A stretch of 20,265 nucleotides of DNA from Candidatus Scalinduaceae bacterium. Lineage in GTDB: Bacteria > Planctomycetota > Brocadiia > Brocadiales > Scalinduaceae. Position 1 is the first letter of the stretch; each line of letters starts with the position of its first letter. Location of the stretch: the NCBI GenBank assembly GCA_046759445.1, contig JBHICG010000063.1:1-20265 (forward strand), given 5' to 3'. Below the pieces are notes generated by a model. That model did no database searches. It was not told where the DNA came from and was given only the letters and a program-made list of their open reading frames with translations. Below, one piece after another: positions 7,713 to 15,906 of the stretch. Made by a program: the position numbers and the translations under genes.

Positions 7713-8891
7713 ATGAAAGTAATATATGTTGATAACAATGCTACAACTCGTGTTGATAATGAAGTTTTTGAAGAAATGTTACCATATTTTAAGGAATACT
7801 ATGGGAACCCATCGAGTTTACATACATTCGGAAGGCAAGTAGCAGGAAAGATAGATATTGCCAGAGAAAGGGTTGCAAATCTTCTGGGCGCTGATACATC
7901 TGAAATTGTATTCACAAGTTGTGGAACTGAAAGTAATAATAATGCAATACACTGTTCGCTAGAGGCAAATCCTCAAAAAAAACACGTCGTTACCACCAAG
8001 GTTGAACACCCGGCTGTTTTAAATCTATGTAGACATTTTGGAAAACATGGTCATGAAGTAACAGAACTATCTATAAATAAAGAGGGGATGCTTGACCTTG
8101 ATGAGGTAAGAGATTCTATCAGAAACGATACAGCTATTGTTTCAATTATGTATGCAAATAATGAAACAGGCGTAATCTTTCCCATCGAAGAAATTGGTAA
8201 GATAGTTAAAGAAAAAGGCGTGCTTTTTCATTGTGATGCAGTGCAGGCAGTTGGTAAGATTTCTATAAATTTAAAAAACAGTTTTATTGACCTTTTATCG
8301 CTTTCTGGTCATAAGCTTCATGCACCGAAAGGGATTGGTGTTTTGTATATACGAAAAGGTGTCAGAATTGATCCCTTAATTATTGGTGGTCATCAAGAAG
8401 GTAACAGGCGGAGCGGAACAGAAAACGTGCCATATATTATCGGGTTGGGCAAGGCTTGTGAGTTAGCCAAAAAATTTATCAAAGAGGAGCAAACAAGCGT
8501 TAAAAGTATCAGAGATAAATTGGAGAAAGGTATTAAAGATAAAATTTCCAATGTAGAAATTAATGGTGAAAATTCAAGTCGTCTACCCAATACAAGTAAT
8601 ATTAGTTTTAAATACGTTGAGGGTGAAGCAATACTTGTTTTGCTTGATATGAATGGTATTGCAGCTTCATCTGGCTCTGCATGTACAACAGGTTCAGCTG
8701 AGCCATCTCATGTCTTACAAGCTATGGGCGTCCCACCTTCACAAAGCAGGGGCGCTATTAGATTTAGTCTTAGTAAATATAATACAGATAATGATATTAA
8801 TTATATTCTTGAAAAGCTACCGCCAATAATTAAAAGATTGCAAGACCTTTCACCGGTTTTTGAAGACTTTCAGCATACAACCAAAACATAA
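7713..8891 (+). CDS. nifS: Cysteine desulfurase, NifS/IscS group I
   Basis: YVDNNATT, YGNPSSLH, FTSCGTES, HCDAVQAVGK, SGHK (PLP lysine), RSGTENV, SSGSACT (catalytic Cys), PSHVL. Confidence 0.95.
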   Translation: MKVIYVDNNATTRVDNEVFEEMLPYFKEYYGNPSSLHTFGRQVAGKIDIARERVANLLGADTSEIVFTSCGTESNNNAIHCSLEANPQKKHVVTTKVEHPAVLNLCRHFGKHGHEVTELSINKEGMLDLDEVRDSIRNDTAIVSIMYANNETGVIFPIEEIGKIVKEKGVLFHCDAVQAVGKISINLKNSFIDLLSLSGHKLHAPKGIGVLYIRKGVRIDPLIIGGHQEGNRRSGTENVPYIIGLGKACELAKKFIKEEQTSVKSIRDKLEKGIKDKISNVEINGENSSRLPNTSNISFKYVEGEAILVLLDMNGIAASSGSACTTGSAEPSHVLQAMGVPPSQSRGAIRFSLSKYNTDNDINYILEKLPPIIKRLQDLSPVFEDFQHTTKT

Positions 8892-8929
8892 AAGCCCCGC
8901 CACTTGTGGAGGGGCTTCACGAGTTTTTT
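8892..8929 (+). terminator. Stem-loop after the nifS stop, between convergent genes
   Basis: AAGCCCC-g-CCAC-tt-GTGG-a-GGGGCTT (8892-8917), with a T-run at 8924-8929 and an A-run upstream; possibly bidirectional. Confidence 0.6.
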
Positions 8930-9022
8930 AAGAAGCATTTCTTTCTTCTAAAGATACATTGGCTTTCTCGTTCATTTTAACCTTATATTTGAAATTTTAC
9001 GAACAGTAAAATATCAAATATT

Positions 9023-10543
9023 TTAATCACTCTTAATTATCACGAATCGTGTATGCATACCTCTCCTTATAAGCAATAAGATATCCTTGCCTTCTTTAGC
9101 TTTTCCTAAAGCCTGCTTGAACTCCTTAATATTAGCGATTTTTTCTCGGTTAGCTTCCTTGATTAAATCCCCTTCTTTTATACCAGCCTGAGCTGCAGCG
9201 CTACCTTGTTCAATAGCTGAAACAACTATTCCACTTTCTCCTGCATAGCCTAAACTTTCAGCCAATTCCTCAGTTAAGTTTTGAACTGTCATACCTAGGT
9301 CTTTGCCACCAGGAATTGGTCCTGTAGCAAACAAATCTGCCGGCTGTTCACCAATTTTGACCATTAATATCTTTTCTTTGCTTCCCCTTAAAACCTTAAC
9401 TTCAACTTTTTTCCCAACTTCAGTTTGAGCTACTTTATTACGCAATTCATTGATATCAGTTATTTTTTTATTATTATACTCTGTTACTATATCCCCTCTT
9501 TCGAAACCGGCCTCTTTAGCCGGGGAGTCATCCTGGACATCGCTTATCAAAACACCTTCTGTAACATTTACATTGAATTGCTTTGCAAGCGAAGGATCAA
9601 GATTTTGGATAACGACACCTAGCCAGCCTCTGGTTACTTTTCCTTTTTCAATAAGATCTCTCAGTACAGCCTTTGCCATATTTACGGGTATGGCAAAGCC
9701 TATACCCTGATAGCCTCCACTACGAGTAAAGATTGCTGTATTTACGCCTATCACCTCTCCCTTGATATTTACTAATGGTCCTCCGCTATTTCCAGGATTA
9801 ATAGCTGCATCTGTCTGAATAAAATTCTCATACTGTGCAATCCCAACCCCAGACCTGCCTATTGCGCTTATTACGCCAACTGATACGGTACTTGTAAGCC
9901 CAAAAGGATTTCCAACTGCAATAGCCCACTGACCTGGTTTTATTTCATCAGAGTCACCCATCTTTGCTGGTATTAAATTTTCTCCCTCAATTTTTATTAC
10001 TGCCAAGTCTGTTTGTGGGTCGGTTCCAATTATTTCTGCATCGAATTCTCCTTTATCACTAAGTCTGACTTTTAGTTCATCCATATCTGCAACAACATGG
10101 TTGTTGGTTAAGATGTATCCTCTTTTGTCAACTATTACACCGGAACCAAGACTTTGTGTCTTAAACTCACCTTCAGGTGGTCGCTGTCTGGGGAGAAATC
10201 TATCGAAAAAGTCTTCTCCAAAAAAATCTCTAAAAGGATCGCGTCTTTTTTCTCGTCTATCACCATGAAATCTTCTCGTAGGGTGTTTGAAAACTTTCAC
10301 TGTTGTAATAGATACAACTGAAGGTTTAACATATTCAGCAACAAGTTCTAGAGACTTTTCTAAGGTATTTGCTGCACTATGCAACTTCTCAATTTCTTTC
10401 GAAAGCTTCTCCAGTTCATCTTCCTTTGTTGCCGCTTTTATACTTCCGGGTGTAAATAAGTATCCTAAAGCCAATGAGAAAGTAAACAATATAATCAATA
10501 ATGTTAAAATATGCTTTTTCCTATTCCTTATTTTCTTATCCAC
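9023..10543 (-). CDS. degP: DegP/HtrA (Do family) serine endoprotease with two PDZ domains
   Basis: SLGSGVIV, ILTNNHVV (His), DPQTDLAVIK (Asp), QTDAAINPGNSGGPL (Ser), RGWLGV PDZ1, LGMTVQNL PDZ2; N-terminal hydrophobic segment; AAGGAG RBS before the GTG start. Confidence 0.96.
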   Translation of the reverse strand: MDKKIRNRKKHILTLLIILFTFSLALGYLFTPGSIKAATKEDELEKLSKEIEKLHSAANTLEKSLELVAEYVKPSVVSITTVKVFKHPTRRFHGDRREKRRDPFRDFFGEDFFDRFLPRQRPPEGEFKTQSLGSGVIVDKRGYILTNNHVVADMDELKVRLSDKGEFDAEIIGTDPQTDLAVIKIEGENLIPAKMGDSDEIKPGQWAIAVGNPFGLTSTVSVGVISAIGRSGVGIAQYENFIQTDAAINPGNSGGPLVNIKGEVIGVNTAIFTRSGGYQGIGFAIPVNMAKAVLRDLIEKGKVTRGWLGVVIQNLDPSLAKQFNVNVTEGVLISDVQDDSPAKEAGFERGDIVTEYNNKKITDINELRNKVAQTEVGKKVEVKVLRGSKEKILMVKIGEQPADLFATGPIPGGKDLGMTVQNLTEELAESLGYAGESGIVVSAIEQGSAAAQAGIKEGDLIKEANREKIANIKEFKQALGKAKEGKDILLLIRRGMHTRFVIIKSD

Positions 10544-10600
10544 AAGTATCTCCTTTTTGAAGCGAAAAAATTATTAAATGCATTTTCCCCTAACAACTTC

Positions 10601-10629
10601 ATTATACAATAATTCTTTGTCAACAACAA
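10601..10629 (-). promoter_or_regulatory. Putative sigma70 promoter for degP
   Basis: Minus strand TTGTTG (10629-10624), 17 nt, TATAAT (10606-10601). Confidence 0.5.
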
Positions 10630-10999
10630 TAACTAATCAGTTTTATTGTTCCGTTTACGGAAAAGTCTAACGCCTAATTTAAAAAGAACAAAAACGTATT
10701 AGTTATTATCAAACATTTTCCCTTGAAACACAAATTTACTGTTGTTAACATACATATGCCAAACTAAGTTCCCGTAATTTTTATAATTTGTTGTATTAAA
10801 GGTTTTATCTTAAGTCTTGATTACCTTTTTGGTATATATACAGTGTTTGATTACAGACGTATAAAGTTCCGATTAAGCTGTAGTCCTGTTTCCCCGCCTA
10901 CGTGCACTGCTCAGGAAGGTTACACTACAAAAGGCATAAAAAAATATTACAAATATAAATGAAACAGCCATTATTTAACATTTAGTCAAGGAAGGTAAA

Positions 11000-11884
11000 A
11001 TGTCTTACAGATATTTCTATTTATCGTTATTCTTCTTGGTAATCAGTTCAAAGATATACGGAGACACTTTAGGGTTAATAAATTTTGATGAACAAATTGA
11101 CGCAAAGATAGTCGAAGTTAACGAAGAGTTTGTTAAGGTCGTCATCCCTCAAAGGGAAATTGGGACAATAAATTTCAAGTCAGAGCTCGATGACAAATAT
11201 CCTGATTCTGTTTTTGTAAACGCTAATGGTAAGGAACATAAGGTAGTTTGTAAGATTGTAAAAATGAGTAAAGAACCTGGAAGTATTACAGTAAACATTC
11301 CTAGACAGAAAGTTTCTTCAATACAAATAGCCTTTCCTGGTAGCGAACACGATTTAAGTAATAATCAGAAAAAGACATTAAATACAAGGAAAGAGCATTT
11401 GCCCGTTGATGTCGATAGGTTAAAAGAACAAATAAAAGAAGAATTAAGGCTAGAATTTGAGAAGAAACAAAATAAAGAAGATGTAGTATTTGAAGAAAAG
11501 ATAAAAGAAGAATTAAGACTCGAGTTTGAAGAAAAACAACAAATGGAAGAGGAAATATATGAAACAGAGAACTTTGGGAAAGTAAAAGGTCGTATGCTTT
11601 TTAAAGGTAAACCATTGCCGGGATGTCGGGTGAAAATAGTGAAGCTAGAAAAATGGGGGTTTTTAGGCAAAATTAAGGAAAGCCTAAAATTCGAAACAAT
11701 CACCGATGAAAATGGTCGTTGCCATTTTGAAAAAATACCTCCAGGGGGATATAAATTATACTGGAAACCTCCTGCCGAGTCTTCTTGGATTAGGCGTTTG
11801 AGGATGGAACCTGATATTTATGTAGAGGCAGGAGAAACTTATTACCTTCCTGACAGGGAAACACATGTACGAACTTTAAATTAG
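11000..11884 (+). CDS. Hypothetical secreted protein: duplicated N-terminal beta module, repeated charged helix, C-terminal carboxypeptidase-regulatory/transthyretin-like domain
   Basis: Signal-like N-terminus; AAGGAAGG RBS; C-terminal pattern GKVKGRM..KGKPLPGCRVKI...TITDENGRCHFEKIPPGGYKL typical of Cna-B/CarboxypepD_reg beta-sandwiches. Confidence 0.7.
   Translation: MSYRYFYLSLFFLVISSKIYGDTLGLINFDEQIDAKIVEVNEEFVKVVIPQREIGTINFKSELDDKYPDSVFVNANGKEHKVVCKIVKMSKEPGSITVNIPRQKVSSIQIAFPGSEHDLSNNQKKTLNTRKEHLPVDVDRLKEQIKEELRLEFEKKQNKEDVVFEEKIKEELRLEFEEKQQMEEEIYETENFGKVKGRMLFKGKPLPGCRVKIVKLEKWGFLGKIKESLKFETITDENGRCHFEKIPPGGYKLYWKPPAESSWIRRLRMEPDIYVEAGETYYLPDRETHVRTLN
11432..11539 (+). repeat. Intragenic 39-nt imperfect direct repeat (2 copies, 69-nt period)
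   Basis: 11432-11470 and 11501-11539 encode IKEELRLEFEKKQ and IKEELRLEFEEKQ; both begin ATAAAAGAAGAATTAAG. Confidence 0.9.
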
Positions 11885-12092
11885 CTCCTATTTTTATTAA
11901 GTGCTATCCCTCACTTGGCTAACACATAATCCATAACCTTGCATAAGCATAATAAAAAGATATGTCCATAATTATTTTTCAATTTTTTATGTTAATTAAA
12001 CCATTTAAGACTAAAGATAAAAAAACACATTGACCAGTTTTTAAAGCTAAAATAGTATATTACATCCCCAGCATAAACAGGGCTGTAAAAGA

Positions 12093-12686
12093 CTAGTAGA
12101 CAATATCCTCTGTGGATAGAAAAACAGCTCCAGCGTCTTTCATTTTCCATAAGGCTGCTTTTTCGCCTTCTTTGGTAATTGCTTTAACTGCATCCACAAC
12201 CAGGGAAACATTATAACCACGTTTCAGCAGTCCAAGAACGGCTGCCTTAACACAATAGTCTGTTGCCACACCGAATACTACACAATTCCTTACATCCAGC
12301 TTTCTTAGGATTTCGTCAGTGTTGATACTGTCAAAAATGTCAAATGTCTGACTTTCTACGATTATTTGGTCAAAATTCAAGATATTTTCATCAATATCCT
12401 GTTTAATATTTTCAATAACAATATTATTCTTGCATGTAGTAGCTTCTATCTTTTTGTTGCCTGGAGTGTCTTTTACACAATGAGGAGGAAAGAGTCGAAA
12501 CTCTGGATCATCTATCTTGTGTGCATCTATCGAAGATAGAATTTTTATTTTGTGTTCTTTTGCGTATTCAAAGAGCTTTTCTATGTTATTGATTATGTCT
12601 TCAGCGTCCTGGACATAAAGGCTCCCTCGGGAATCCATGAAATCAAATTGGGTGTCTATATCAACGAATAGTGTTTTGTCCTTCAC
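12093..12686 (-). CDS. pncA: Nicotinamidase/pyrazinamidase (isochorismatase family cysteine hydrolase)
   Basis: DIDTQFDFM..GSLYV, D-x-H metal ligands (DAH), FPPHCV, GVATDYCV catalytic Cys. Confidence 0.85.
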   Translation of the reverse strand: MKDKTLFVDIDTQFDFMDSRGSLYVQDAEDIINNIEKLFEYAKEHKIKILSSIDAHKIDDPEFRLFPPHCVKDTPGNKKIEATTCKNNIVIENIKQDIDENILNFDQIIVESQTFDIFDSINTDEILRKLDVRNCVVFGVATDYCVKAAVLGLLKRGYNVSLVVDAVKAITKEGEKAALWKMKDAGAVFLSTEDIVY

Positions 12687-12715
12687 TTATAATTCTTCTT
12701 TCAACATTTTTTGTA

Positions 12716-13300
12716 TTAAAGATGATTATTACTTTTTTCTAATTCACAACGAAGAGAAAAAAGGCTGATTATTGTTTTTGCATCACAGATTTTACCATTT
12801 TTAATCATCTCAAATGCCTTGTCGAGTGGCACTTCCATAACATATATATCTTCACTTCCCGTACCCATGTATTTTTCTTTTTTTATCTTATCCTTAGATT
12901 CAATATAAGCAAGATATACATATATCTTCTCAGAACACCCTCCTGGACTTGGATAAAATTGTGTCAGATATTTTAGTTTATCAACCTTATAGCCGGTTTC
13001 TTCCAAAACTTCCTTCCTTGCAACAGATACTTCACCATTGTCTTTGATTCCTGCAACACACTCAATTAACCAGCCAGGACCATTATTCAGATATGCGGGA
13101 TAACGAAACTGCTTGACCAGGATGACTGATTTATTAATTTTATTATAAAGCAAAACTGCTACTGTGTCACCTCTGTTAAAATTTAATCTGACAATCTCTT
13201 TACTCATTGAGCCATCAAATTTTTCATGCTGAAGTATAGCCTTGTCAATCTTAAATATTCCGTCATATTCCCTTTTTAAGTCTTTTATTATAACCTTCAT
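12716..13300 (-). CDS. Nudix hydrolase, NDP-sugar pyrophosphatase (NudF/NudK-like)
   Basis: RGDTVAVLLY, VKQFRYP, Nudix box AGIKDNGEVSVARKEVLEETGY, SPGGCSE, EDI, DAKT. Confidence 0.88.
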   Translation of the reverse strand: MKVIIKDLKREYDGIFKIDKAILQHEKFDGSMSKEIVRLNFNRGDTVAVLLYNKINKSVILVKQFRYPAYLNNGPGWLIECVAGIKDNGEVSVARKEVLEETGYKVDKLKYLTQFYPSPGGCSEKIYVYLAYIESKDKIKKEKYMGTGSEDIYVMEVPLDKAFEMIKNGKICDAKTIISLFSLRCELEKSNNHL

Positions 13301-13310
13301 TATTTCCTTT

Positions 13311-14423
13311 TCATAGCACCTGATCTAATTCACAAAATTCCATTTCAAAGGCTTCTGCTACAGCTTTATTTGTAACTTTACCTTCAACCATATCTATACC
13401 TCTTTTTATTGTAATATTTTCTATTGCCGCTTTCTTGTAGCCTTTATTTGCAATTTCAAGGGCATATTGGAGTGAAACGTTTGTAAGGGCATACGAAGAC
13501 GTTCGTCCAACGGCACTAGGCATATTTGTAACACAATAATGGACTACCTCGTTTATTATGAATATAGGATTACTATGTGTAGTTGGTCTGCTGGTTTCTA
13601 TACATCCACCTTGATCAATAGAAACGTCTACTATTACTGTACCTGGTTTCATGGTTTTTACCATTTCTCGTGTTACCAGTATTGGAGTCTTTGCTCCCTC
13701 AATTAAAACTGCACTAACCAGTAGATCTGCTTCTACAATCTTTGTACTTATATTGTGTGCATTTGACATAAGTGTTATAACATTCTTAGGCATAATATCA
13801 TCAAGGTGTCTCATCCTCTCAAAGTTTTTGTCTAGGATGGTTACCATGGCTCCAAGCCCGGCAGCGACCTTTGCTGCGTTCGTCCCCACAACACCTCCTC
13901 CAATTATAACAACCTCTGCAGGTGAGACTCCAGGCACTCCACCTAATAATATACCCTTCCCCTCCATGGGCTTTTCAAGATACTTGGCTCCTTCTTGAAT
14001 AGACATCCTTCCAGCAACTTCACTCATTGGGGTTAGGAGTGGGTGTTTACCTTCTTGATCTCTCATGGTCTCATACGCTATCGCCAAAATACCTGATTTC
14101 AGACACACCTTTGTTAACTCCCTTGACGCAGCAAAATGAAAAAATGTGAAAATTATCTGTCCTTTCCTCAAGTATTGATACTCTTCAGGAAGAGGTTCCT
14201 TTATCTTCATAATCATTTCTGCATTTTCGAATACGTATGTTGCATCATCCACAATTTCCGCCCCGGCTTTTGCATAGTCACTATCAGGCAACCCACTACC
14301 TATCCCTGCGCCATTTTCAAATATTACCCTATGTCCATTTTTAACCATCTCTTCTACACCTACAGGCATAATGGCAACTCTGTATTCGTCTTTTTTCTTT
14401 TCTTTTGGTACACCTACTATCAT
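13311..14423 (-). CDS. ald: Alanine dehydrogenase
   Basis: IVGVPKE..DEYRVA, KIKEP, FTFFHFA, IAYET, LLTPMSEVAGR, GGGVVG Rossmann motif, IDQGGC, HYCVTNMP. Confidence 0.96.
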   Translation of the reverse strand: MIVGVPKEKKKDEYRVAIMPVGVEEMVKNGHRVIFENGAGIGSGLPDSDYAKAGAEIVDDATYVFENAEMIMKIKEPLPEEYQYLRKGQIIFTFFHFAASRELTKVCLKSGILAIAYETMRDQEGKHPLLTPMSEVAGRMSIQEGAKYLEKPMEGKGILLGGVPGVSPAEVVIIGGGVVGTNAAKVAAGLGAMVTILDKNFERMRHLDDIMPKNVITLMSNAHNISTKIVEADLLVSAVLIEGAKTPILVTREMVKTMKPGTVIVDVSIDQGGCIETSRPTTHSNPIFIINEVVHYCVTNMPSAVGRTSSYALTNVSLQYALEIANKGYKKAAIENITIKRGIDMVEGKVTNKAVAEAFEMEFCELDQVL

Positions 14424-14478
14424 CTTTGCTTGTAACTATCTCACACAATGATATTTTGAAAATTTATTATTGAATTAA

Positions 14479-14507
14479 AGTCTATATCTGTCGTAATATA
14501 GAGTCAA
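14479..14507 (-). promoter_or_regulatory. Putative sigma70 promoter for ald-Nudix-pncA
   Basis: Minus strand TTGACT (14507-14502), 17 nt, TAGACT (14484-14479). Confidence 0.55.
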
Positions 14508-14535
14508 GAAAATTTGTAAATGGGAGTTATAATCT

Positions 14536-15906
14536 ATGAAAACTTGTTCATTTATTACTTTGGGATGCAAGGTAAACCAATATGAAACTCAAGCTCTAAG
14601 GGAAGCAATTATATCAAATGGATATAAAGAAGCCGATTCAGGATTCCCTGCTGATTTGTATGTGATAAATACATGTACGGTAACCTCTACAAGTGATGAA
14701 AAGTCACGTCAACAGATTCGAAGGGTTGTAAGAAATAACCCAAGTGCAAAGGTAATCGTCACAGGGTGTTCGGCCGAAGCAAACGTACAGGAAATAAAGA
14801 AAATTGATGGTGTTGATTATGTCTTTGAAAAGGGTAAGGAAGACAAAATAGTTGATTTTATAAGAAATGGTTTGGGTTCAAATAATGAACCTACAGAGAT
14901 TTCAAATAACATTATCGAAACCCATAAAATGTACCTGCGGCGCAATGAATCCGCATTTTATCTGAAGGTTAGTAAGTTCAATGGTCATACCAGGGCTTTT
15001 CTCAAAATTGAAGATGGATGCGATAACTTTTGTTCATATTGCATAATTCCTTACATTAGAGGTAACGTAATAAGCAAAAGAATAGATGATATTTTATTTG
15101 AAGCAGAACGACTAGTTAATAATGGCCATAAAGAAATTGTGCTTACGGGTATACATTTGGGAGCTTATGGTAAAGATGTGAGATATAAATTTAATATTTT
15201 AAATGTATTAAAAGAAATGCAAAATATTTCGGGATTAAAGAGAATCAGACTGAGTTCTATGGAAGTAAATGAGGTTACAGATAGCTTGATTGAAATTGTT
15301 TCAAATTCAAATAAGATTTGTCCTCATTTTCATTTACCATTGCAGAGCGGTGATGATTATATTTTGAAGAGGATGAACAGAAAGTACAACACTATTCAAT
15401 ACCTTAAAACCTTGGAAAAGATAAGAAAAAAGATAGAATTACCGTCCATAACCACAGACATAATAGTCGGATTTCCTGTAGAAAAGAGGAAAAATTTTGA
15501 GAACACATTAAGGTTTTGTGAAAAGGCGGGTTTTAGTAAAATACATATATTTCCTTTTAGTCCGCGGGAAAACACTCCTGCTGTAAAAATGCATGATTAT
15601 TGCATGCCTTCAATAATCAAGGCCAGAAAAAAAGAACTAGAATCCTTGGCAATTGAGACTTCTTTAAGGTATAAGACTTATTTTGTTGCAAAAAATATAA
15701 GCATTCTTGTAGAAGGCAAAAAGGATAAAAAAACAGGAAAATTATGCGGTTATTCAGACAGGTACATAAAAGTGTTGTTTGATGGCACTGATGAATTAAT
15801 GAACAATATCGTAGACGTTTACATAGAAAAGGCGTCCCCCTTGGTTTGTTTTGGTGTACCAAGAAGCACTCATAAATTTCTTCAACCAATAAAGAATGAA
15901 GCTTAA
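14536..15906 (+). CDS. mtaB: tRNA t6A37 methylthiotransferase MtaB (radical SAM, UPF0004 + TRAM)
   Basis: TLGCKVNQYET, INTCTVT, VTGC, RAFLKIEDGCDNFCSYCIIP (CxxxCxxC), EIVLTGIHLG, HLPLQSG, HIFPFSPR. Confidence 0.93.
   Translation: MKTCSFITLGCKVNQYETQALREAIISNGYKEADSGFPADLYVINTCTVTSTSDEKSRQQIRRVVRNNPSAKVIVTGCSAEANVQEIKKIDGVDYVFEKGKEDKIVDFIRNGLGSNNEPTEISNNIIETHKMYLRRNESAFYLKVSKFNGHTRAFLKIEDGCDNFCSYCIIPYIRGNVISKRIDDILFEAERLVNNGHKEIVLTGIHLGAYGKDVRYKFNILNVLKEMQNISGLKRIRLSSMEVNEVTDSLIEIVSNSNKICPHFHLPLQSGDDYILKRMNRKYNTIQYLKTLEKIRKKIELPSITTDIIVGFPVEKRKNFENTLRFCEKAGFSKIHIFPFSPRENTPAVKMHDYCMPSIIKARKKELESLAIETSLRYKTYFVAKNISILVEGKKDKKTGKLCGYSDRYIKVLFDGTDELMNNIVDVYIEKASPLVCFGVPRSTHKFLQPIKNEA

Noticed and set aside
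10745..10763. sigma54-like TTGGCA on the minus strand upstream of degP
   Set aside because: No GC at the required GG-N10-GC spacing.
11891..11925. CIRCE-like heat-shock operator (AAGTGCTA)
   Set aside because: A half-site resemblance only, and located in a convergent 3' region.
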